From an uncultured Planctomycetales bacterium (GTDB lineage: Bacteria; 4484-113; JAFGCY01): a stretch of DNA of 64,000 nt. The notes beneath the pieces are model-generated. The model saw only the letters and a list, made by a program, of their open reading frames with translations. It was not told the origin of the DNA and did no database searches. The stretch is from NCBI GenBank assembly GCA_964609245.1, contig CAZSSB010000001.1:79836-143835 (forward strand), written 5' to 3'. Made by a program: the position numbers and the translations under genes. Of the stretch, positions 26,092-37,310 are shown one piece after another. How positions within the stretch are numbered: the first letter of the stretch is position 1; each line of letters opens with the position of its first letter.

Positions 26092-26123
26092 GGGGCGGGG
26101 CTTGACCCCGCCCCGTTTGTATT
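26092..26123. terminator. Intrinsic terminator hairpin between convergent genes
   Basis: ggggcgggg (26092-26100) / loop cttga / ccccgcccc (26106-26114), followed by gtttgtatt. It lies between the stop at 26066 (+) and the stop at 26136 (-). Confidence 0.7.
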
Positions 26124-26135
26124 GACGGCACGCGG

Positions 26136-28550
26136 CTAGTAGTAGATCGCGAAGTGGATTCCTTCCTGTGAAGCTGCGTTGGTGCTGAAGGCGATCCCGG
26201 GCCGGCCGCCGATGTCCGCCAGCGATGCGTCGGTCTGACCGCAGGCGTGCTCCGAGACCAGTTCGGTGGCGGGCGGCCAGGCGTCGCCGGTTGAATCGAG
26301 GGCCTGCTTGTAGTACAGGTTCTTCAGCCCCAGGCCGTTGTCCGCTCCACCGGCATAGGCCGCCGCGGGCCGCCCGTCGACAACCGCGATGGTGTCGCCG
26401 GTCATCAGGAACTGCAGCGAGTCGATGTGGACGCGGTGCTCGCTGTCCCAACTGGAGCCAGTGGCGTTATCCGCCCGGATGTAGTACAGCGGCCTGACGC
26501 TTTCCGGCAGGAAGTCCTTGTACAGGATCGCCGGCCGGCCGGCAACCTCGATCAGTGAGGGGAACCAGGCGAGCACGATCGTGGTGTCGACGGTGACGCT
26601 GTTCCAGCTGGTACCGGCGGCGTCGCTGGCCCAGCAGTAGGAGATGCACCAGCCGTTGTCCTCGTCCTCGTAGCAGATGCCCGGCGCGCCGTTGATATCC
26701 GCGAGGTCCATCACGCCGAACACCTCGCTGCTGACCAGCGTGGGGTCCGCCCAGCTGATGCCGTCCGGGGCGCTGGCCCGGCGGTAGACGTAGCCGTCCG
26801 GCGGGCCGCTCATAGTCCCGTAGGTCACCGTCGGGTTGCCGTCGATCACCGCCCCGCCGTATGTGGTGAGCATGACACTGATGTCAGCCGCGTGGATCAG
26901 GAATCCCCAGACGTCGCCGTCAGGATCGACGGCGCGGGTGAACGTCAGCCCGCTCGCGGTGTGATAGATCACCGCCGGGTTGTCGTCCGTTTCGACAAAT
27001 ACCAGCCAGTCTTCGAAGTCACTGCAGACCACCTTCGGCGTGTCGGTCCAGCTCTCGCCCAGCGCATCATCGGCGCGGATGAACTGCACTTCGTCGTCGG
27101 CGTGGTTGTAGAACACCACGCCCGGGCGGCCGTTGACGTTCCTGAGGTGGGGGTAATACACCTCTGTGCTGGCGGCTACCGTGTAGACGTGCCATTCCGC
27201 GACAGGCCCACTGAGCAGGATCGTGCACTCGTCGACAGCGGTGGCACCGTCGTTGTCGGTGACGCGGAGCTTCACCGTGAAATTGCCCCCGTGGGTATAG
27301 GTGAAGCTGGCCACCGGCAGGCCCCGCGCCAGCGTTTCCTCGGGCGTGGGACCGTTGTACACGCCGTCGCCGTCAAGGTCCCACTCGTAGTCCACGATGG
27401 TGCCGTCGGGATCTTGGCTCCCCGTGGCGTCGAAATCCGCCATCAATGGTGCATCGCCGGTGGTGGGAACACCCACGAGGTCCGCCACGGGTGGCAGGTT
27501 GCCTTCCTCCGTCACGGTAACAGTCACGTATTCGGTATCCGTCGCGCCGAGGTTGTCCGTGACGCGCACCACGGTGTCGAAGCTGCCCGCGTTCTCGAAG
27601 GTGTGCTGCGCCGTCGGCGTGGCGCCGGTGTCCACCCATTGCCAGCCGTCGCCAGCGCCCGTCCAGTCCCACTCGTATTTGACGACCAGCCCGTCGGGAT
27701 CGTGGCTGAGGCTGGCGTCGAAATCCACCGCCAGCGGCACGTCCCCCTCCTGCGGATCGGCGCTGATGCTGGCCACCGGCGGGATGTTGGCGGCGGCGGG
27801 CAGCTGCACGCGCGAGCTGGGGGTGCCCTCCGCGCTGCCGTCCGTGGGCCGCACCCAGCAGTACAGCTCCGGCTGAGGCTCCGCCAGCATGAAGGTAAAG
27901 CGCTTGCGGTCGGTGACGGTTCCGCCGGCGGCGCTGAACTCCACACTGCCCAGCAGCGTCGCGCCGCCGTTGCCGTCGCTTGCGGCGGCCGGGTAGTCGC
28001 TGGCACTGCTACTACCGTAGACGTTGTAGCCGCTGACCTGGCGACCGAAGCACTGGCCGATCGGCGTGATGTCGCCAATCGTGATGAAGTCGTTCTGGTC
28101 GCCGTCGACGCACGAGACGGCCGTGGCCATGTCGAAGGGTCCCTCGGCATCGAAGTTCTGGCCCAGCGGCGTGATGTCGCTGACGGTGACGAGGCCGTCC
28201 TGGTTGTAGTCGCCAGTGCTGTAGTAGTACCAGCGCAGCGCGGTGCTGCCCTCGTCCCAGCTCAGCGGGGCGCGCGAGCGGTCGTCCCGGGGCGGCTCGG
28301 TGGCGACTTTGCCGCTGCTGAATCGCTCGCTGAGCACGCGGGCCAGTTCTACCTTGAGCTCGTCAAAGAGAGCCGCATCGGTCCCCGGCGGCGATTCGAC
28401 CGCGTCCAGTTCCGCCAGCACGTCATCCAGCTGTTGAATCGTCGCGATCGGTGACGGTGAGTCGCCACCGGCCGGCAGCAGCCTGTGGCCGGAGCACGCG
28501 GGAATCAGTAGCAAAAGGCAGAACGAGGCAGCAAGCGGAATGCGCTTCAT
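26136..28550 (-). CDS. Surface lipoprotein paralogue C: dockerin-like module, two PKD domains, Asp-box-like beta-propeller repeats
   Basis: MKRIPLAASFCLLLLIPAC (lipobox). Contains YYSTGDYNQDGLVTVSDITPLGQNF ... DGDQNDFITIGDITPIGQCF, and PKD signatures VKYEWDWTGAGDGW and VDYEWDLDGDGVY. Repeats include GRPGVVFY, DNPAVIYH, GNPTVTYG, GAPGICYE, GRPAILYK, GRPAAAYA and GRPGIAFS, with A.D..G.SW motifs. Confidence 0.88.
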   Translation of the reverse strand: MKRIPLAASFCLLLLIPACSGHRLLPAGGDSPSPIATIQQLDDVLAELDAVESPPGTDAALFDELKVELARVLSERFSSGKVATEPPRDDRSRAPLSWDEGSTALRWYYYSTGDYNQDGLVTVSDITPLGQNFDAEGPFDMATAVSCVDGDQNDFITIGDITPIGQCFGRQVSGYNVYGSSSASDYPAAASDGNGGATLLGSVEFSAAGGTVTDRKRFTFMLAEPQPELYCWVRPTDGSAEGTPSSRVQLPAAANIPPVASISADPQEGDVPLAVDFDASLSHDPDGLVVKYEWDWTGAGDGWQWVDTGATPTAQHTFENAGSFDTVVRVTDNLGATDTEYVTVTVTEEGNLPPVADLVGVPTTGDAPLMADFDATGSQDPDGTIVDYEWDLDGDGVYNGPTPEETLARGLPVASFTYTHGGNFTVKLRVTDNDGATAVDECTILLSGPVAEWHVYTVAASTEVYYPHLRNVNGRPGVVFYNHADDEVQFIRADDALGESWTDTPKVVCSDFEDWLVFVETDDNPAVIYHTASGLTFTRAVDPDGDVWGFLIHAADISVMLTTYGGAVIDGNPTVTYGTMSGPPDGYVYRRASAPDGISWADPTLVSSEVFGVMDLADINGAPGICYEDEDNGWCISYCWASDAAGTSWNSVTVDTTIVLAWFPSLIEVAGRPAILYKDFLPESVRPLYYIRADNATGSSWDSEHRVHIDSLQFLMTGDTIAVVDGRPAAAYAGGADNGLGLKNLYYKQALDSTGDAWPPATELVSEHACGQTDASLADIGGRPGIAFSTNAASQEGIHFAIYY
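27225..27790 (-). other. Tandem PKD domains in paralogue C; approximate bounds
   Basis: PLAVDFDASLSHDPDGLVVKYEWDW...VVRVTDNLGATDTEYV and PLMADFDATGSQDPDGTIVDYEWDLDGDG...VKLRVTDNDGATAVDE. Confidence 0.8.
28045..28230 (-). other. Dockerin-like double EF-hand module (paralogue C); approximate bounds
   Basis: Loops DYNQDGLVTVSD and DGDQNDFITIGD (the second is slightly degenerate), each followed by ITP[LI]GQ. Confidence 0.55.
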
Positions 28551-28680
28551 TTCATCCTTCCTCCGGTGCGCGCCCGGTCGTCATTATACCGCCGCGGACC
28601 CAGCGTGGTGCCTGCAGCGGCCGGGCTGCGGCGGCACATGGCCCGCCACTTCAGGATCAAGTACGCAGCGATTCCGCTTC

Positions 28681-28709
28681 TTGACATGTGCTGCAAACGC
28701 TGATACATT
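28681..28709 (+). promoter_or_regulatory. Sigma-70-like promoter upstream of the Fur-family regulator / katG pair
   Basis: TTGACA (28681-28686), 17-nt spacer, TACATT (28704-28709), about 35 nt upstream of the GTG at 28744. Confidence 0.45.
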
Positions 28710-28743
28710 ACTACCTGCTAATTACTCGCAGATAGGAACGACT

Positions 28744-31444
<2,701 letters not shown>

Positions 31445-31472
31445 GCGCACCGAACAAGTTGCACTCGATGAT

Positions 31473-31516
31473 TGACCGCGCCCTGGTCGGCAAGCACTGC
31501 GGCTGGGGCGCGGTCA
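31473..31516 (+). terminator. Long hairpin downstream of katG
   Basis: tgaccgcgccc (31473-31483) is complementary to gggcgcggtca (31506-31516), with a 22-nt loop. It starts 29 nt after the katG stop. No clear U-tract. Confidence 0.4.
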
Positions 31517-31621
31517 TGATGCTCGGTATCGCAATCAGCAGGATGCCCAGGCAGTGGTTCGCGCTGACTCGGGCGCGGCGCGGCAAGGGCAGAGGGAGCG
31601 CAGCGGCTACAATCATCGCCG

Positions 31622-32380
31622 GTGACGATGCCGGTATTTGAGACGCGCTCCCTCTGTCTGACCTATCCGGACGGCACGCGCGCGCTCACGGGCGTCGATT
31701 TCCGCATCGCCGCCGGCGAGGTGGTGGCGGTGATCGGCCGCAGCGGGGCGGGCAAGTCCACCCTGCTGAGGTGCCTCAACGGCCTGCTGACGCCCACCAG
31801 CGGGCAGGTGCTGTTCCGCGGCACGCCGGTGCACTCCAGTCGGGCGCACGCGCGGATGGTGCGCCGCGACGTCGGGATGATCTTCCAGAGCTTCGGGCTG
31901 GTGCCGCGCGTCAGCGTGCTGACCAACGTGCTGATCGGCCGCAGCGGGCAGATTCCGCAGTGGCGCGGGGCGCTGTTCTTCTTCACCAGTGCCGAGAAGC
32001 AGCGGGGGCTCCGGGCGCTCAGCCGCGTCGAGATCCTCGACCAGTGGCAGAAGCGGCCGCGCGATCTGAGCGGCGGCCAGCAGCAGCGCGTCGCCATCGC
32101 CCGCGCGCTGTGCCAGGACCCGGCGGTGCTGCTGGCGGACGAGCCGGTCTCCAGCCTCGATCCGGCCACGGCGCGCATCGTGCTGGACTACGCGGTGCGC
32201 ATCTGCCGCGAGGAAGGGATCGCGATGGTCGCCAACCTGCACAGCGTGGCGCTGGCCCGCGAGTACGGCGACAAGATCGTGGCGTTCCGTGACGGCCGCG
32301 TGGTCTTCGAGGGCGCGCCGGCCGCGCTGACCGAGGAAGTCCTGCAGGAGGTGTACGGTGAGCACTTCGCCGACTTCTGA
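31622..32380 (+). CDS. phnC: ABC transporter ATP-binding protein, phosphonate (PhnC) type
   Basis: Walker A GRSGAGKST, LSGGQQQRVAIARAL, Walker B LLADEP, and paired with a PhnE-type permease. GTG at 31622 or ATG at 31628. Confidence 0.8.
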   Translation: MTMPVFETRSLCLTYPDGTRALTGVDFRIAAGEVVAVIGRSGAGKSTLLRCLNGLLTPTSGQVLFRGTPVHSSRAHARMVRRDVGMIFQSFGLVPRVSVLTNVLIGRSGQIPQWRGALFFFTSAEKQRGLRALSRVEILDQWQKRPRDLSGGQQQRVAIARALCQDPAVLLADEPVSSLDPATARIVLDYAVRICREEGIAMVANLHSVALAREYGDKIVAFRDGRVVFEGAPAALTEEVLQEVYGEHFADF

Positions 32381-33359
32381 GCAGGACCACATCACGCCGC
32401 CGAGGCGCCGGCGCGGCTGGCGCGACCATCTGTGGTCGGGGCTCAAGTGGCTGGGGATCGCGCTGTTCGTGGCCTACCTCTGGGCCAGCTTCGTGCGCAC
32501 CGAGTTCAACATGTATACGCTGGTCGCCGGCGCGAAGGACATCAAGCGCGTGATGAGCGAGCTGGCGCACCCCGACTTCAGCTGGTACGTCTACGAGACC
32601 GAGCGCGTGCCACTGCTGGACGAAGCGGGGCAGCCGCAGGTAGACAGCAGCGGCGAGCCGCTGACCGAGAGCGCAGTCAAGCTCGGCGCCGATGGCCAGC
32701 CGATCATCAAGCTGGACTCCAGGACCGGTCGGCCCAAGTGGGGTACGCTGCCGACGCTGCTGGACAGCATGAACGAGACGGTCCAGATCAGCCTGATCGG
32801 TACGCTGATCGCGGTGCTGCTCAGCTTCCCGCTGGCCTTCTTCGCCAGCCGCAATCTGACGCGCGGCAGCGCCGCGGGGCTGGTGCTCTACGGCACCACG
32901 CGCTTCATCTTCAACGTGCTCAGGGCTTTTCCACCGTTTATTCTGGCGATCATCTTCGTGTTCATGGTGGGGCCGGGGCCGTTTCCGGGCGTGCTGGCGC
33001 TGGGGCTGCACAGCATTGGCATGCTGGGCAAGCTGTTCAGCGAGGCGATCGAGAGCGTCGATCCCGCCCCCGTCGAGGCGGTGCGCGCCACGGGCGCCAG
33101 CAACTTCCTGGTGGTCTGGTACGGCATCCTGCCGCAGGTGGTGCCGCAGTTCCTCAGTTTCAGCCTCTATCGCTGGGACATCAACATCCGCATGAGCATC
33201 ATCCTGGGCATCGTCGGCGCGGGCGGCATCGGCTTCCTGCTGGATCAGTACATCCGGATGTTCCGCTACCAGCAGGCCTCAACGTGCTTCCTGATCATCC
33301 TGGTGGCGGTGACCCTGCTGGACTACGCCAGCGCCTGGTTCCGCGAGCGACTGGGGTAG
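32358..33359 (+). CDS. phnE: Phosphonate ABC transporter permease (PhnE type) with an extended N-terminal or periplasmic region
   Basis: Contains NETVQISLIGTLIAVLLSFPLAFFASRN, EAIESVDPAPVEAVRATGAS, ILPQVVPQFLSFSLYRWDINIRMSIILGIVGAGGIG. Overlaps phnC by 23 nt. Confidence 0.85.
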   Translation: MSTSPTSEQDHITPPRRRRGWRDHLWSGLKWLGIALFVAYLWASFVRTEFNMYTLVAGAKDIKRVMSELAHPDFSWYVYETERVPLLDEAGQPQVDSSGEPLTESAVKLGADGQPIIKLDSRTGRPKWGTLPTLLDSMNETVQISLIGTLIAVLLSFPLAFFASRNLTRGSAAGLVLYGTTRFIFNVLRAFPPFILAIIFVFMVGPGPFPGVLALGLHSIGMLGKLFSEAIESVDPAPVEAVRATGASNFLVVWYGILPQVVPQFLSFSLYRWDINIRMSIILGIVGAGGIGFLLDQYIRMFRYQQASTCFLIILVAVTLLDYASAWFRERLG

Positions 33360-33365
33360 GCCGGG

Positions 33366-33980
33366 CTACTGCCGGCTCAGGCCAACCAGCCAGCGGAACT
33401 CGCTCGCCATCCAGCGCCCCAGTTCATAGAGCAGCCAGCACGCCAGCACGGGCAGCGCGGCCATCGCCGCCAGCGTGGCCAGCAGCGCCCGCTGCAGCAG
33501 CCGCCAATTCAACGCAGCTAGACCGATCATCAGCAGGAAGTCCGGCGCCAGCCAGATGAACAAGCCGCGAGGCGAACCGATGTAGCTTAGCTCTAGTGCG
33601 TAGATGTTGCTGATCAGGAGCAGCAAGTAGCTGGCGGCCAGCAGAGCCGCCCACGCAGCGCCAAGCCCAGGTGTCGTGCGGACCCTGATGGTAGGTGGCC
33701 AGTCCGCGGCGGGCGCCTCGTCTTCCGCGATGGACGATTCAAGCTCGGCTACCACCTGCTGTGCCGCATCGTACTGGCGCTCGTCGACCAGCACGTCAGC
33801 CCAGGGGCGCAGCTCGAAGGTGAAGCCGGGCTGCATCGGGATTTCGTTGAGCAGCTGCACGCTGTGAATGCCGCGGGCTTCCAGCTGATCGCGCACGGCG
33901 AGCGCCATGTACTCGCCCGTCGCTTGATAAACGACCCTCAGCTGTCCCACGCTGAGAGTATAACCGCGCCGCCGCTTCAC
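33366..33980 (-). CDS. DUF2007-like (putative signal-transducing) domain fused to a membrane domain
   Basis: N-terminus LRVVYQATGEYMALAVRDQLEARGIHSVQLLNE...QYDAAQQVVAEL has the DUF2007 pattern. Three or four hydrophobic helices follow. Confidence 0.55.
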   Translation of the reverse strand: MKRRRGYTLSVGQLRVVYQATGEYMALAVRDQLEARGIHSVQLLNEIPMQPGFTFELRPWADVLVDERQYDAAQQVVAELESSIAEDEAPAADWPPTIRVRTTPGLGAAWAALLAASYLLLLISNIYALELSYIGSPRGLFIWLAPDFLLMIGLAALNWRLLQRALLATLAAMAALPVLACWLLYELGRWMASEFRWLVGLSRQ

Positions 33981-34043
33981 CGGCCACGCCGGTCCATGTG
34001 CTACCGTGCTGGCTCACAATCAAGCCACCGGAGTATCCGCCTG

Positions 34044-35252
34044 ATGTCTGAGGAGCAGAGAGCACCGAGCCGCGGCGCTGGCACAGCGGCCACCGCACTG
34101 CTGATCATTGCCGTCATCGCCGCCACGGTCGGCCTGGCCTGGCTGGCGCGCGCCGTGCTGGCCGAGCAGAAGGAGGAGATGCCGCAGCTGCCGGAGCTCA
34201 GACTCAGCGCCGAGATGACGCTGGGCCAGATCGCCCAGGCCAACGAGCTGCCGGCGAAGCTGATCGGCCGGGCGCTGGAAGCTGAGCTGCCCGATCAGGC
34301 TCAGACGACGCTCGGCGAACTGGGCATCGGCGTGGAGGACGCGCGCCGCGAGATCATCAAGGCGCACGCGCTGATGATCGAGCGCCAGACCAAGGACTTC
34401 ACCAAGATCTACCTCAAGTTCAGTCTCTGGATCCTGTTGCTGATCCTGCCGCTGGTGCTGCTGATCCGGCGGCGCCTCAGCCGCGGCTGGCGGCTTGGGA
34501 TGCTCGCGGGCGCGGTGCTGGTCTTCGGCATCATCCTGGGCAGCGACCCCTCGCCGATGGGCACCGTCAAGGACATGATCGCGCTGGGCGGGATGCACCG
34601 CGTGGTCTTCATCCCGCGCCTGATCGCGCTTGTCGTGTTTTTGCTTTTGGTCGTGGCCGCCAACAAGTTCATCTGCTCCTGGGGCTGCCAGCTGGGCACG
34701 CTGCAGGAACTGCTCTATCGGCTCAACCGTCGGGGCCAGAAGCGGCGCGGGGTGCTGCCGCTGCTGAAAATCCCCTACGCCGTCAGCAACGCCGTCCGCA
34801 TCGCGTTCTTCGTCGTCTTCACCGTGGTGGCCTTCGCCTGGGCCTTCGATCTGATCGGCCCGATCGACCCGTTCAAGGTCTTCAACCCGCCGGTGCTGAC
34901 CGCGCTGGGTGCGGGCTTCATCCTGCTGCTGCTGGTGCTCAGCCCGCTGATCTACCGGCCGTGGTGCCATCTGGCCTGTCCGTTCGGGCTGGTCAGCTGG
35001 CTGTTCGAGCGCCTCAGCTTCGTCAAGGTGCGCGTCGATTACGACAAGTGCATCGCCTGCAAGGCCTGCATGAACGACTGCCCCAGCGACGCGATGCGCG
35101 GCATTCTGCTCAGGCACAAGCTGCCCTCGGACTGCTTCAGCTGCGGCGACTGCCTGGCAAGCTGCCCGACAGGCGCGGTGCAGTTCACCCGCGCCGGCGG
35201 CGTGCCGCGCTCACAGCAGACGGCGGAGAAGCTGGCGAAGCTGCGGGGCTAG
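34044..35252 (+). CDS. Membrane polyferredoxin (NapH/COG0348-like 4Fe-4S binding protein)
   Basis: ATG at 34044 (MSEEQRAP). Multiple TM helices, CSWGCQLGTLQELL and CHLACPFGLVSWL motifs, and a C-terminal 2x[4Fe-4S] region (CIACKACMNDCP, CFSCGDCLASCP). Confidence 0.8.
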   Translation: MSEEQRAPSRGAGTAATALLIIAVIAATVGLAWLARAVLAEQKEEMPQLPELRLSAEMTLGQIAQANELPAKLIGRALEAELPDQAQTTLGELGIGVEDARREIIKAHALMIERQTKDFTKIYLKFSLWILLLILPLVLLIRRRLSRGWRLGMLAGAVLVFGIILGSDPSPMGTVKDMIALGGMHRVVFIPRLIALVVFLLLVVAANKFICSWGCQLGTLQELLYRLNRRGQKRRGVLPLLKIPYAVSNAVRIAFFVVFTVVAFAWAFDLIGPIDPFKVFNPPVLTALGAGFILLLLVLSPLIYRPWCHLACPFGLVSWLFERLSFVKVRVDYDKCIACKACMNDCPSDAMRGILLRHKLPSDCFSCGDCLASCPTGAVQFTRAGGVPRSQQTAEKLAKLRG

Positions 35253-35291
35253 TGCTCGGGAAAGCGGTGACGGAGCATTCGGCGCCGGAGG

Positions 35292-35561
35292 CTACTCCTC
35301 TTCCGGCATGTCGATCGGCTGGGCCTCGGCCAATTCGCCCAGCGTGCCGCGGAAGGCGCCGATCAGTTCCTGGGCGCGATTGACGTCCTGCTCCTCGACC
35401 TGTACTTCACCCCAGCTGCCGCCGGACCGCATGTCAGGAATGCCGTATCCGGGTATCTGGTGGGAGCGGATCATCGCGCCGATGCCATTCTCGCGCAGCA
35501 TATCGCGGATGGTCAGCGCGCTGAACTCGTCCGCGGCGCGATAGACGCTCACCAGCGCCAT
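35292..35561 (-). CDS. Small DUF2007-like protein (89 aa)
   Basis: ATG at 35561. MALVSVYRAADEFSALTIRDMLRENGIGAMIR...VEEQDVNRAQELI. The rest of track ORF 35292..36344 is antisense to the next gene. Confidence 0.6.
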   Translation of the reverse strand: MALVSVYRAADEFSALTIRDMLRENGIGAMIRSHQIPGYGIPDMRSGGSWGEVQVEEQDVNRAQELIGAFRGTLGELAEAQPIDMPEEE

Positions 35562-35604
35562 ATGTCCCTCCGAGGCGTCCGGCCAGCGGCCGGCCGCAGG
35601 TTTG

Positions 35605-37176
35605 CTACTCCGCGATGTTGACGATCTGCGGGTCGCCCAGTTCGGGGATGCCGACGGGCACGCCGTAGGTCGCGCCCCACAGATACAGGTAGACCGAGGA
35701 CTGCGGGAAGCGGAAGCACTCCTCGTTGATGCCGTCGTCGATGCAGCGGAACTTGACGTAGCCGACGAAGCCCTCGCCGTCCTTGGGCTCGTCCAGGTCC
35801 TTGCGCTGGGTGGCGTTGAAGCCCACCTCGCGATAGCCGTCGGCGATGTCGCCGACGTCGGCGCCGACGAACAGCGGCGGCTCCAGCAGGTTGGGATGCT
35901 CGGTGGACAGCTCATCGGTGTAGAACGCGACGCTGTCCACGTACTCCACCAGCGTGGAATCGTACTCGAAGCGCACGTTGGCGCTGAACAGCCCCTCGAC
36001 ATTGGCGACCCTGACCCCGATGTAGAACTCGTTGCCAACGTTGAGCAGCTCACTCTTGGGCGCCTGAATCTCGAAGCTGAGCGCCACGCCCGGCGGCACC
36101 ACCATGGTGGTCGCCACGTTGCTGACCGGCCCCTCCAGCGGCGTCTCGCCGGGCTTGCCGACCGGCACCACGTACCAGCCGAAGCTGCCGGGTTCCTCGG
36201 GGGTGTCGAGGAAGGTGTACTGCAGCCGCGTCTTCTGGCCGTTGTAGTCGCGCGGCGCCGACGGCCCCGTGGGCTCGGCGTTGTTGAGCACCTTCTCCCA
36301 GCGGCCGCTATCCGCGGGGTCGGGCTCTTCCTCGGGCTCAGCAAGCGGGGTGCGGTAGACGTTGTACCCCGTGATGAAGCTGAGGAAGCTCTGGCCGATC
36401 GGCGTGATGTCGGCGACGGTGATCAGGCCGTCCTCGTCGCCGTCGACCACCTCGATCAGCGCCCAGTCATCTTCGCCTTCGACGGCGGGCTGATCGAAAT
36501 AGAGCCCCAGCGGGGTGAGATCGTTGACGCCTACCTCACCGTCGAGGTTGTAGTCGCCGTTGTGGCGCTCAAACCAGCTCAGCGTCGCCGAGCTCTCGCC
36601 GTCGTAGATCGCCTGCAGATCCTTGACCTTGGAGCGCGGGACCTGGCTGATCTCCGCCGGTATCTTGGCCACGGGCTCGGCGCCCGCAGTGAAACTGACC
36701 ACCGCCAGCGGCTCGGCCGGATCGAGCAGTGCCCCGCCGGTGCCGGTAACGGCGATCGCCACCAGCCCCCGGCGCACGATCGCCAGGCCCAGTCCGTCGC
36801 CGCGCTTTACCTCGGCGGACGTGACGTGCTCGCGCTCGGGGTCGAACCGCACGTACAGACTGGCGCTGGGCAGCGCCGCGTCGCTGTAGATCGCCAGCGT
36901 ATCGCCGGCGGCCTCGAGGCGCAGCGCCGCCAGCGTCTCGGCGTCAGGCAGGTTGGCTGCGCCGAGCGCGCTGACGCGATAGCCGCCGCTGCTGACAAAC
37001 GGCGCGGTCGCTAGCGCTTCCATCAGTGGCCTGACTTCGATGCTGGGCGCCAGCGGGTTCCAGGCGGCCGCCTTGCCCGCCGTCGGGTCCAGCTCCGGCT
37101 GCTCGAGGCTCAGGGCTCCGCCGCAGCCCGTCAGACACAGTACCAGCACGATCAGTGGGATAATTGCACGCATCAT
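35605..37176 (-). CDS. Surface lipoprotein paralogue E: Ig-like N-domain, dockerin-like module, cohesin-like C-terminal domain
   Basis: Start at the MM pair 37176/37173 (MMRAIIPLIVLVLCLTGC, lipobox). Contains LSWFERHNGDYNLDGEVGVNDLTPLG ... DGDEDGLITVADITPIGQSF and TGYNVY. C-terminal FYIGVRVANVEGLFSANVRFEYDSTLVEYV ... GFVGYVKFRCI. Confidence 0.85.
   Translation of the reverse strand: MMRAIIPLIVLVLCLTGCGGALSLEQPELDPTAGKAAAWNPLAPSIEVRPLMEALATAPFVSSGGYRVSALGAANLPDAETLAALRLEAAGDTLAIYSDAALPSASLYVRFDPEREHVTSAEVKRGDGLGLAIVRRGLVAIAVTGTGGALLDPAEPLAVVSFTAGAEPVAKIPAEISQVPRSKVKDLQAIYDGESSATLSWFERHNGDYNLDGEVGVNDLTPLGLYFDQPAVEGEDDWALIEVVDGDEDGLITVADITPIGQSFLSFITGYNVYRTPLAEPEEEPDPADSGRWEKVLNNAEPTGPSAPRDYNGQKTRLQYTFLDTPEEPGSFGWYVVPVGKPGETPLEGPVSNVATTMVVPPGVALSFEIQAPKSELLNVGNEFYIGVRVANVEGLFSANVRFEYDSTLVEYVDSVAFYTDELSTEHPNLLEPPLFVGADVGDIADGYREVGFNATQRKDLDEPKDGEGFVGYVKFRCIDDGINEECFRFPQSSVYLYLWGATYGVPVGIPELGDPQIVNIAE
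35608..36090 (-). other. Cohesin-like domain of paralogue E; approximate bounds
   Basis: The pattern F.I.V.v.nV.gL.sa.v.f.YD...Le.v, plus a later G.vgyv.F strand, matches my memory of the cohesin beta-sandwich consensus. No HMM search was run. Confidence 0.45.
36390..36565 (-). other. Dockerin-like double EF-hand module (paralogue E); approximate bounds
   Basis: Loops DYNLDGEVGVND and DGDEDGLITVAD, each followed by [LI]TP[LI]G. Confidence 0.55.
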
Positions 37177-37310
37177 GTTCCTTCCGGCAAGTACAGCCTT
37201 TGTTACCATCGCTCGGTCGACAAATGGCGTAGCTGCCCCTCTGGTTCTGGTGAGACTAACCGCACATTATAACAACCGGTGGCCTGTGCCGGGGGTCCGG
37301 AAGCACCGCC

